Below are positions 21,417-29,694 of a DNA stretch of 55,958 nucleotides, piece by piece. Source of the stretch: a bacterium (GTDB lineage Bacteria > Hinthialibacterota > Hinthialibacteria > Hinthialibacterales > Hinthialibacteraceae); NCBI GenBank assembly GCA_963663405.2, contig CAXXSM010000103.1, positions 1 through 55,958 of the forward strand. Reading direction: 5' to 3'. How positions within the stretch are numbered: position 1 is the first letter of the stretch; each line of letters starts with the position of its first letter. Below the pieces are notes generated by a model that saw nothing but the letters and a program-made list of their open reading frames with translations, searched no databases and had not been told where the DNA came from. Position numbers and translations under genes: made by a program.

Positions 21417-21917
21417 GGTTCATCCGGAAATTGGGCACATCGATTGAATTTTTAATAAAAAGTGTAATCGAAAGCCCTATGGATCGTGACGTGTCTGTGG
21501 ACAAATCTATCGATATTGCCCACAGCCACTTGGATAACGATAAAGCCGTTATCCACACGCTCCACAGTTATACGGATAATACCAATTCTATTTTTTTCTT
21601 TGTTAATAACTGATTGAATATTCTATACTTAAGAATCTTGAAAAACTTGCTAAGATTTAAAGAAATCCTTGTATTGATCATTTTAAAAAACAGATTGCAA
21701 AACACCCAATAATCAATATTCCGATAGTCTATTCAAAGATTAGATAATCATAGAATAAGATACACAAATATTTGACAGATTACTTTTGACATTTAACAGA
21801 TCACGGAGTATCGATGCTTTTTTCCTAGGAAATTTGAGGTATCACAATGATAAAACTTACAAAAAATGGTGAAATTTCCTAAGAAAAAACGCAATGCGCC
21901 CAATTTCCGGATGAGCC
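21417..21917. mobile_element. 501-bp non-autonomous MITE with ISL3-like ends
   Basis: TIRs GGTTCATCCGGAAATTGGGCACAT and (rc) GGCTCATCCGGAAATTGGGCGCAT; 8-bp TSD ATTTTCTC. Absent from the equivalent site (~44900) of the second host-element copy. No credible ORF. Confidence 0.92.
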
Positions 21918-22089
21918 ATTTTCTCTTTCTAAACTATCAACTTCTCTTCCTCAATTAAGCCGTTTCGCGAATAAATGGCGTGTTATTGGTTCTCACATTC
22001 CCCCCGCACTTCGTCCAATAGAGTTTGTATCTCGGCTTCGCTCGATAAAAACTCCTATCTATTTTAGATTTTTCTTCCCATTCAATAAT

Positions 22090-22126
22090 GTATCTCCTTA
22101 TCCCTTTGTAAGGAGCGGATTGAAAC
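22090..22126 (+). CRISPR. Last CRISPR repeat (perfect copy), preceded by the remainder of spacer 93
   Basis: Exact 37-bp repeat. Confidence 0.95.
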
Positions 22127-22130
22127 TGGG

Positions 22131-22500
22131 TGTAGCTGTCAAGGGCGAATCGGTCCACTGCTAATCGCTTGACGTTATTAATGTTATATCATATGATCCC
22201 CTTTCAATACAGACTCGTAAATGGGACCTCTATGAACGTAATTCATGCAGCAATTCTATTGATCCTCAATGCTCTTATATTCTCGACTCGTTGAGTAGGA
22301 AGGAATCGGATCCAAAGATTACGTAATTTCTTTGCACAACACGAAGAAAGTGAAGATGAGATTCGATTTTTACATGATCGAATTTTCCAGTTGGAAAAAG
22401 AATTGAAAATTTACAGGTGCCAACGAAAGAGAAAAATCATAAACCACGTGCTGATGACGGTTGAAAAGCGTCTGTTTGAATCTGGTCCGAGAACACTTTC
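22131..22500 (+). pseudogene. Degenerate 5' end/remnant of the rve-type IS (homologous to the start of 45181-46495)
   Basis: End motif TGTAGCTGTCA.....GAATCGGTCCAC, then MNVIHAAILLILNALIFSTR* compared with intact MDVIQAAIPLILKTLVLSARW. Confidence 0.8.
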
Positions 22501-22721
22501 TCTTTTTATTCTTGCCCAAATTTTGCCCAAATTCCGGGGAACAATAGGTAAACAAGAGTAAAAAATGTGATATTCATAAGAAGGGAAGTTGGTCGTAATA
22601 TCTTGATTATATTTACTTTAAATTACTTATTGTTACTCATAGTTACTTACTTGTTACGGACTCCAAATCAGCAGTTTTAGGGGGCGAGTCTTTAAACACC
22701 TGCCACTGAATTTACTCGACT
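22137..22721 (+). repeat. Direct repeat block A (homologous to 39469-40052): IS remnant + att-like arm region + tRNA 3' half
   Basis: Colinear high similarity by eye, including the tandem TTGCCCAAATTTTGCCCAAATT. Confidence 0.88.
22659..22705 (+). other. Degenerate tRNA-Trp(CCA) 3' half (att-site remnant, not a full tRNA)
   Basis: GA-CTCCAAA-TCAGC-AGTTT-TAGGG-GGCGAGT-CTTTA-AACACCT-G-CCA follows tRNA register exactly from the anticodon loop to CCA, with discriminator G. No 5' half is present. Confidence 0.65.
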
Positions 22722-23131
22722 TCATTATAATCGATCAATTATAGGCAATATGATCCTTGACTAAAATTTGCCCAAATTATTACTCTCTATTATTACTCAT
22801 ATATCATTGGTAAAAACTGTCCAAGTTATCACTAGAGTGTAACAGGGCCACAATCCCCATCGCTTTACAATCATTCGATCCACACTCCAAACATGATTGG
22901 GATACCACGCCGAAATAGAGCGATTGGCTAAACAATTTTGAAGATAGTTTATTTTCTTTTTTGGCTTTCCGGGGGAGAGGGCTCAGGGCGGTCGAGATTG
23001 TTTCGAACCGTGGAGGCCGCCATGAAAACTTGAAGAAGACTCAATTGAAGGGAGATACGAATGCGATCCTAGTGCAGATTGGCTTTCGCTATCCCCAAAC
23101 CAATCGTACTAATTCGATCGGCGTTATATTT

Positions 23132-25114
23132 GGCTCTTCGCTGAATCGAGTGGGTAGATTTGGGGAAGGCTTTCCTCCATCCTCCCGAAGATATATCGCT
23201 TACGTACCAATCCCGACGAGATAAACTAACAAGAAGGGCGGTGCTAGACCGTCCTTCGACAGTCTTCTTGGTCAGCACTCAGTTCGCGTCCCCGCAAGGT
23301 CCGATCCTCCGCCCAGGCTAAAGGCAAAGATCCCAATCCCAAGAGAGAGAGAGAGAGAGAAGGAAGAGAATGAAGAACCAAGAATTATTCCGGTTAGCGT
23401 TAGGTTTGAGTGAGCCATGGCAGGTCGTCCAGGCCGAGTTTCCTGAGGAAGAAAAAACCTTGCACCTCACGCTGGACTTTCCCGAGGGGAGTCTGTTTCC
23501 CTGTCCCGAATGCGGGAACCTGTGTGGAGTGCATGATACGAAACGACGCACTTGGAGGCATCTGAATTTCTTTCAGTATGAGACGTATTTACACGCCCGG
23601 CAACCTCGTGTGAAATGTCCCAATCATAAAGTCAAGACAGTGAATCTTCCCTGGGCCCGTCCGGGGGCGGGATTTACGTTGTTATTTGAAGCGTTGGTCA
23701 TGGCACTGGCGGAGAATGGGATGACGGCCAATGCGATCAGCCGAGTGGTCGGAGAATATGACACGCTGATTTGGCGAGTGCTGACTCATTATGTGATGGA
23801 CGCGCGAGAGAGGGAGGATTTTTCGGGAGTGAAGGCGGTGGGGGTGGATGAGACCTCAAAGGCCAAAGGGCACAATTATGTCAGCGTATTCATGGATTTG
23901 GACGAGCGCAGCGTGATGTTTGCCACCGATGGAAAGGACGCTCAAACGGTGGGGGCGTTCAAAGAGGATTTAGAGACGCATAACGGAAAGGCGGAGCAGG
24001 TGGAGGAATTTTGTTTGGATATGTCCCAGGCGTTTCAATCCGGGATTGAAGCCAATTTCCCGGCCGCCGAAATGACATTTGATGAATACCACCTGATGAG
24101 GATTATCAATCAAGCTGTGGACGAAGTGCGCAAACAAGACCAAGCGATTTATCCCGAATTATTGAAGGGGACGAAGTATATTTGGCTGAAGAATGAATGG
24201 AATCTCACGGACAAGCAAGAGAAGAAACGGAACGAAATTTTTCAAGATGTACGAGGGAGCAAATTGAAGACGGTGAAAGCCTACCATCTGCGATCCGTGT
24301 TCCAAGACGTGTTTTCGTTCGACGATCCGGAGGAGGGGGAATCGTTTCTTAAAAAGTGGTATTATTGGGCGACTCACAGCCGGATTGAGCCTATGATCAA
24401 GGCCGCGAAAACGATCAAGGAGCACTGGGCTGGTGTGGTGCGTTGGTTTACTTCGCGAATCAACAATGGTCTGTTGGAGGGGATGAATAGCCTGATCCAA
24501 GCCGCCAAGGCCCGTGCGAGAGGCTATCGCAACGTCAACAATTTAATCACTACCATCTATTTGATTGGAAGCAAGTTGGAATTCAATCTTCCCAAGGTTC
24601 TTCCCTCGCCCCACACGAAATAGTAATACGGCTTGAATCGTTCCCGTTTCTGCAGGCAAGCCGCCAAACTAAGCAAAAGACACCGGATGAAACCGGCTGA
24701 GTCTCTCCGGTCTGCGATTCATGATCAGTAATCCGAACGAGTGAGGGCTTGTGGATTCTGCCATCTTATGGACAAACCGCCGATACTCTGGGTGAGAAGA
24801 GAAAGTTCCTGCCGGTTTGCCCACAAGATTTGGACAGCCACCTGCGAAAGATTAGGGGGAATGAGAAAGATTATTGAGGCGCCTGACCACAGACTCCACA
24901 AGCATGCGGCACATAAAGATATGGTTCTTTTTTCTTCGATAAAATCCAGACCCGCAAACGGATCGATGGAGGGCAATCCTACTGCAAAATACTTGTCGCT
25001 TAACAGATATCGAAACGTCTACAAGTTGATCGTAACCATCTGTTTGGCAGAGGAAAATTGGAATGTAATCTTCTCGAGGTTCTACCCTCTACCCACATGA
25101 AATAGCGAAGAGGC
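23132..25114 (+). mobile_element. ISL3-family element (extended form with ~490-bp 3' extension)
   Basis: IRs GGCTCTTCGCTGAATCGAGTGGGTAGA and (rc) GCCTCTTCGCTATTTCATGTGGGTAGA; 8-bp TSD TTATATTT. Confidence 0.93.
23370..24623 (+). CDS. ISL3-family transposase
   Basis: LFRLALGL..PW, CPEC, WRHLNFFQY, GVDETS, DMS.AF and EGMNSLIQ..K..ARGYRN motifs. Confidence 0.94.
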   Translation: MKNQELFRLALGLSEPWQVVQAEFPEEEKTLHLTLDFPEGSLFPCPECGNLCGVHDTKRRTWRHLNFFQYETYLHARQPRVKCPNHKVKTVNLPWARPGAGFTLLFEALVMALAENGMTANAISRVVGEYDTLIWRVLTHYVMDAREREDFSGVKAVGVDETSKAKGHNYVSVFMDLDERSVMFATDGKDAQTVGAFKEDLETHNGKAEQVEEFCLDMSQAFQSGIEANFPAAEMTFDEYHLMRIINQAVDEVRKQDQAIYPELLKGTKYIWLKNEWNLTDKQEKKRNEIFQDVRGSKLKTVKAYHLRSVFQDVFSFDDPEEGESFLKKWYYWATHSRIEPMIKAAKTIKEHWAGVVRWFTSRINNGLLEGMNSLIQAAKARARGYRNVNNLITTIYLIGSKLEFNLPKVLPSPHTK

Positions 25115-25823
25115 TTATATTTGCCGGTTATGTTTTCTCTGAAGACGTGTCTTCGATCTTCCTCATCCATCGATTAATCGTTGATCGTGCAACGTCAAGC
25201 CGTTTCGTGATTTCGCGTGTCAATACTTGAAAAATATTCCTTGTACCAAAGAATCAGCAATCTTTCTCGAAGTGTGTAGCGCGACTTTAGATTTGTACCG
25301 TTTATATTTTTTCGACAAAATTCCAGATCAGTTTCCAATTGAAAAATCCGATCTCGTAGTAATTGGAACTTGTTCTCGAGATAATTCTTCTCCCCAGCAA
25401 GATTCCACATTTGTCTGATGCGAACAGTTCCCGCCCATTGAGCTGACAAGATGAGAGCCTTCAAAATCAAAGGAATTGCCGCTTGATTACGTCCATAGTG
25501 GTCCCGTTTACTCATATGAATCGAAAAGAAATCATGTGTATTAACATCAATATTGTCAACTGTTTAGCGGTGGACCGATTCTTGGATAACATGGCTCACT
25601 TGTAAACAAACCTCATAATTGATGCTCCTTAATCCCGGGGGATATACTTGTTTTTCGGAATTCAATTAATTATTTGAAAACAGTATACGCTATGTCAAGC
25701 AGATCTTCCTGAAATTTACATCAGGGCAAAAATGCTATGCACGGGTGCCGGTTTGTGACGTGGATAGGAAAAAATGGGTACTTTTAGAAACCGTAGATTT
25801 CTGTTCAAATGCGTCCGCTGGTT

Positions 25824-26804
25824 CTATTTGTAAATATCCCAACTTTTAGCAGATGATTCAGTAAGTAAACCTAGTTGGGCCAAAATAGTTAAATTGTCAG
25901 CGTATGTGCTGCCTTTTATGAGTTGACCACTTTCATTGTATTGATGAAGCGTTACCCCGCGATTGACTATCGATTTCCCTGTTGCCGGGATATTAAAATA
26001 TAAACCATCATGCGTTCCTTCGTATACTCCTTCATTAAGCACCCAACCGTCTCCCATATCGATTGTTTTAGTAATACGGAATGTCATATCCGAAAATCCC
26101 TCAAAATAAATTTCATTAGCAGCCATATATTGATCACGATTAAGTGGAACCCCCAAAGGCCCAATGAAATATTCGAAATTTTCCGCAGCCATTTTGGATA
26201 AAGAATTCAAATCGTGATTTTTCCAACGTAAGAGCCATTCTTCATTAGCTTCCAAGGGGGATAGTCCAGCCGGTTCTGGATTTGGAAGGGAGAATGATGG
26301 AATCAACTCAGGTAATTCAGGAGCCTCCATCAAACCTAACTGAATCAATATGCTTTGTGTATCAAAATATGAGGCAAACCTTTTTATAAGACCATTCTCA
26401 AATTCCAAAATATCTATGTGAGGAGCGGCTACGTTTGGTTTACCAGTTGGTGGTATTCCCTGCCACTCCGCCAAGTGTGTTCCATAGATAGTATGCTCTA
26501 TAACAGCAATATTTCCGGAAACCAAGATAAGTTCTTCAGGAAATACTTCATCGGGGAATCCTGTGAATATAGCTTCTATATATGCACGAAAACCTTCTTT
26601 ATCCATTAGCAGCGGTTCAGGGTTAATATCATAGACAAAATCGTCTGATAATAACGGCATAACTGGATCCATGGTATGCGCATTAAACGCTTCATTTATC
26701 ACTTTGAGAGTCGCTCGAATCTCATCTTCTGTTTGTCCCAATACATATGTTGTTCCAATAAAAAATACTCCCAAAACTAGCACAAGATATACTGTTTTTT
26801 TCAC
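25824..26804 (-). CDS. Secreted tandem SnoaL-like (NTF2-fold/ester cyclase family) protein
   Basis: Probable GTG start after GGAG, then a signal peptide; two FPD/FSD...GTH.G...IP.TGK domains; C-terminus LAQLGLL..SS...WDIYK. Confidence 0.8.
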   Translation of the reverse strand: MKKTVYLVLVLGVFFIGTTYVLGQTEDEIRATLKVINEAFNAHTMDPVMPLLSDDFVYDINPEPLLMDKEGFRAYIEAIFTGFPDEVFPEELILVSGNIAVIEHTIYGTHLAEWQGIPPTGKPNVAAPHIDILEFENGLIKRFASYFDTQSILIQLGLMEAPELPELIPSFSLPNPEPAGLSPLEANEEWLLRWKNHDLNSLSKMAAENFEYFIGPLGVPLNRDQYMAANEIYFEGFSDMTFRITKTIDMGDGWVLNEGVYEGTHDGLYFNIPATGKSIVNRGVTLHQYNESGQLIKGSTYADNLTILAQLGLLTESSAKSWDIYK

Positions 26805-26901
26805 GATAATTCTCCTTTGTTTCAAATGAAGTTTGTTTATGGGATTTATCAATACCCTTGTACAAGGAAATATGGTATTACATGTAGACTGATATTTCTA
26901 T

Positions 26902-26940
26902 TAGGGTTTCTAGGTATTTTAACGTAGGGAAATTAGGTAT
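26902..26940 (-). promoter_or_regulatory. Tandem direct-repeat operator candidate (TAGGGN5AGGTAT x2, 23-bp period)
   Basis: The same motif pair occurs upstream of the paralog at 29695-29732. Confidence 0.5.
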
Positions 26941-27169
26941 TTTTTCTCGTAGCGTAAGAAACCGAAAGGCTTTGAAAGAGGAATTCGCGGGGCAGGGAAT
27001 CAAAATCCTCAAAATTGCATGATATGTAATCTTAAAACACCCGAATTTTAAGAGGAATTAGGGGAAGAAGAGGATTTTTTTGAAAAAAAAGAGTTTGGTA
27101 CGGGATTTTTAGAGCGCGCCTCATAGAGCATTTTTCGGCCTAGAAAGGAAAACGGCGATAGTGAGAGCA

Positions 27170-27690
27170 TCTACCGCCACACCGAAATGATAATGAGCCA
27201 ACAGCGTCCACTTGGACAATACGGAATCTTGTTGTAGGAATCCTTTTATTGAGCCGATTTAATAATGTTCTTAACTCATTCTTCGCGTCTACTAGGCGAC
27301 GGACTAACTGGGCCCGTGCTCGTGTCAAATCGCGTAATATTTGATAGGGGCGGGGCGGAATATACGCAGTGGGAATCAAGTCTATACGCAAGCAAGAGTT
27401 TGGCTAAGAGATCCGCATCCAAGTTATCGGTTTTGGCTCGACCTGACACAATGGCTTTTAAACGAAGAGGGTGAGCCAGAACCACTTCTCCGAGAGGGGC
27501 TAAAAGCTCATAGAGCCAACGATAACTGGATGACGCTTCAATGGGCTCGATATGGAATATAACTACGAAAAGATCCTCTTATTAATTCTGTATCTTGGCA
27601 CGCAAGTGATTGAGTTTTTTTACCTTTCCTTTCTCATCATGTACCGCCAAAACAATATCTCTTTTGTGCAAATCAATTCCGATGATCCAT
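27170..27690 (-). pseudogene. IS110-family transposase fragment (N-terminal DEDD region, frameshifted and truncated)
   Basis: IIGIDLHKR, LAHPLRLKAI...KTDNLDA and LRDLTRARAQLV motifs in shifting frames. Confidence 0.8.
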
Positions 27691-27800
27691 TATTATTCTC
27701 CTTGCTTTTGTAATTAACTACTTGCTTTTCTCTTATGATCGCAAGGAGTTGATCATTCCATAAGCGGTTATAGTTTCAGCTACAACAGATTCATCCATAT

Positions 27801-29588
27801 TTATTCATACAATTCCCAATTTTCATTCGATGATGTCCCTAAAAGCCCAAGCTGAGCGAGTACAGTTATATTGTCATAATACGAATGGCTATAAATACAT
27901 GATCCGTCTGTATAAAATCTTTCAACTTGTGCGACTCGCAAACCTTCATAAGTACGTCCTGTTGGTGGAATGCCAAACCATAGCCCTGTATGTGTTCCAT
28001 GACAAATGCTTTCGGTTAATACCCATCCGTCGCCGCAATCAACCTTGCGGACAACATCGCCATGTACATCGGGGAAACCGGTGAAATTCATTTCAAATAC
28101 GGCAGCCACCTCTTCGCGGCTTAATTCCATTCCCGGAACGGAGAGATAAATATTAGCAGAAAAATCATTAAATATTTTGACCCATGAGATTAGGTCGTGA
28201 TCATTCCATCGATCGCCCATTTCGATTGAGGCTTCGAGTGGGGATAATCCCGTCGCTTCCATTGCTGGTATGGAGAAGGAAGGAACCAACGGCGGCAATT
28301 CTTGGGCTGGCATGACCTTTGCGTTGATCATAACGGTTTGCATATCCCCATACATCTTTAGATGTTTCATTGTAAGTCCCTCATATTCCCAAATATTAAG
28401 GTATCTCCATGAATCGCTTTTTTCTCCTGTTGGCGGCAAACCACCCCATTCTTCCATATGTGTACCTTGCATTGCCACTTCTTCAAAAACAATACCGTCT
28501 CCAGCAATCGTATTCTTTTCAAAAAACTCCTCATCGGGGAAGGCCCTGAATATATTTTCCCATCCTTCCTTATATTGTTGAGCGCTGCGAATATCTACAT
28601 CCCAACTATGTTCCGCTGTAAAATCTTCGGCGATAAAGGGCATAACCATATCCATATCGTGCTCATTTAATCCATTCCGAATTGCGCCGACAACGTCCAC
28701 GATATCTTCCACCTTCGAAGATCCTACCTGGGGAAGATATTCCAAGCCGGAAGTGAATTCCACAAGTCCCCAATAATTTTTTCCATAAACAGCTTCTCCG
28801 ACCTTTTCTTGTAACTGAATAATTTGATCCATTATTTCTGGATCATTTAAATCCAGATGGTTATTACGAATATCTACTAAATCTCCCTTGCTTAATCCTC
28901 CATTTTCGACAAAACTGGAAATATCCGTGAGTTGGTTGTTGGAACAGTACAATTCTGCCAACGAAGCGTTATTGGAGACATCTAATTCTGTCAATTGATT
29001 ATATCTGCAGTCAAAGGAATATAATTTATTATTATTTTTAACATCCAGTTTCGTTAAATTGTTTCTGCCGCAATCGAGATACTGTAAATTTGCAACGTTA
29101 GATACATCCAATTCGGTCAACTGCATGTTGGATATAAATAGAGAAATAATGTTTGGATTTTGGGTTACATCTAGTTTTGTGAGTGGATTGCCCGAGGAAT
29201 TCAGAAAATAAAAATCTGGATTATTTGAGAAATCTAACTCAGTAATTTGATTGTAGGAGCAGCGAAGATTGTATAGTTCTGGATTATTCGTCAGATCCAA
29301 TTGAGTTATTTCATTATCGTCGCAGTTAAATTCGTACAAAGATGTGAAGAAATGCAGACCCGTCAAATCTTTGATCCCTCTTCTTGCGCAATCGACTGTT
29401 CTTATTTGAGCCGCCTGATCCGCGGTAAACTCTCCCCCCGGTTCGACTCCCATTGTTTCTTCAATAGCAGCGCGGAAATTCGGATCAGGAAAATTCTCTG
29501 GTGTATTTATGTTCTGCGACATTGTATTTGGCATTCCCCAAGATAAAAATCCCAAAAATACTACTAAACTCATTACAAATATTCTCAT
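27801..29588 (-). CDS. Secreted leucine-rich-repeat + tandem SnoaL-like domain protein
   Basis: Signal peptide; FPDPNFR cap and N.LT.LD.S.N..L LRRs; two SnoaL-like domains paralogous to 25824-26804; C-terminus SSNENWELYE. Confidence 0.8.
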   Translation of the reverse strand: MRIFVMSLVVFLGFLSWGMPNTMSQNINTPENFPDPNFRAAIEETMGVEPGGEFTADQAAQIRTVDCARRGIKDLTGLHFFTSLYEFNCDDNEITQLDLTNNPELYNLRCSYNQITELDFSNNPDFYFLNSSGNPLTKLDVTQNPNIISLFISNMQLTELDVSNVANLQYLDCGRNNLTKLDVKNNNKLYSFDCRYNQLTELDVSNNASLAELYCSNNQLTDISSFVENGGLSKGDLVDIRNNHLDLNDPEIMDQIIQLQEKVGEAVYGKNYWGLVEFTSGLEYLPQVGSSKVEDIVDVVGAIRNGLNEHDMDMVMPFIAEDFTAEHSWDVDIRSAQQYKEGWENIFRAFPDEEFFEKNTIAGDGIVFEEVAMQGTHMEEWGGLPPTGEKSDSWRYLNIWEYEGLTMKHLKMYGDMQTVMINAKVMPAQELPPLVPSFSIPAMEATGLSPLEASIEMGDRWNDHDLISWVKIFNDFSANIYLSVPGMELSREEVAAVFEMNFTGFPDVHGDVVRKVDCGDGWVLTESICHGTHTGLWFGIPPTGRTYEGLRVAQVERFYTDGSCIYSHSYYDNITVLAQLGLLGTSSNENWELYE

Positions 29589-29694
29589 GATTAGATCCTT
29601 TCTTGTAATCAGTTGAATCCGAAAATTGAGATCGAATTCAGTATAATAGATAAGCCTTATTCTTAAATTAAATGAAAATTTTGAAATTATCAAT

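Larger units (their letters stand above)
19125..22067 (+). mobile_element. Tyrosine recombinase + IS91-like HUH transposase element (copy 1), inserted in the last spacer
   Basis: Boundaries defined by identity with copy 2 (40785-45048): ATTGGACGAAGCGG...CTATCTATTTTAG. There is a terminal hairpin at ~22018-22058 and no classical TSD. Confidence 0.9.
22835..25591 (-). pseudogene. Diverged, truncated rve-type IS transposase remnant interrupted by an ISL3
   Basis: 22835-23131 and 25115-25591 align with ~45700-46465 (e.g. TGATTGGGATACCA, AAIPLILKAL, RERLLILWYKEYF); it has stops and frameshifts. Confidence 0.82.

Noticed and set aside
21549-21557. DnaA box TTATCCACA suggesting a replication origin
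   Set aside because: It is a single box that forms one arm of a hairpin within a MITE; there is no box cluster or dnaA context.
9689-22089. Self-targeting spacers against elements in the window (e.g. spacer 80 GAAATATCATGA vs the recombinase start; spacer 39 ATCAATATTGT vs the rve leader)
   Set aside because: Only 11-12-nt matches were seen by eye, which is chance level. A proper alignment was not possible.
24521-25114. DGR-like TR/VR pair
   Set aside because: Differences are not confined to adenines, an indel is present, and there is no reverse transcriptase in the window.
27690-27775. Possible IS110 bridge RNA (CTCCTTGC/GCAAGGAG hairpin) upstream of the IS110 fragment
   Set aside because: The element is truncated and degenerate, and a single stem covering the RBS is insufficient evidence.
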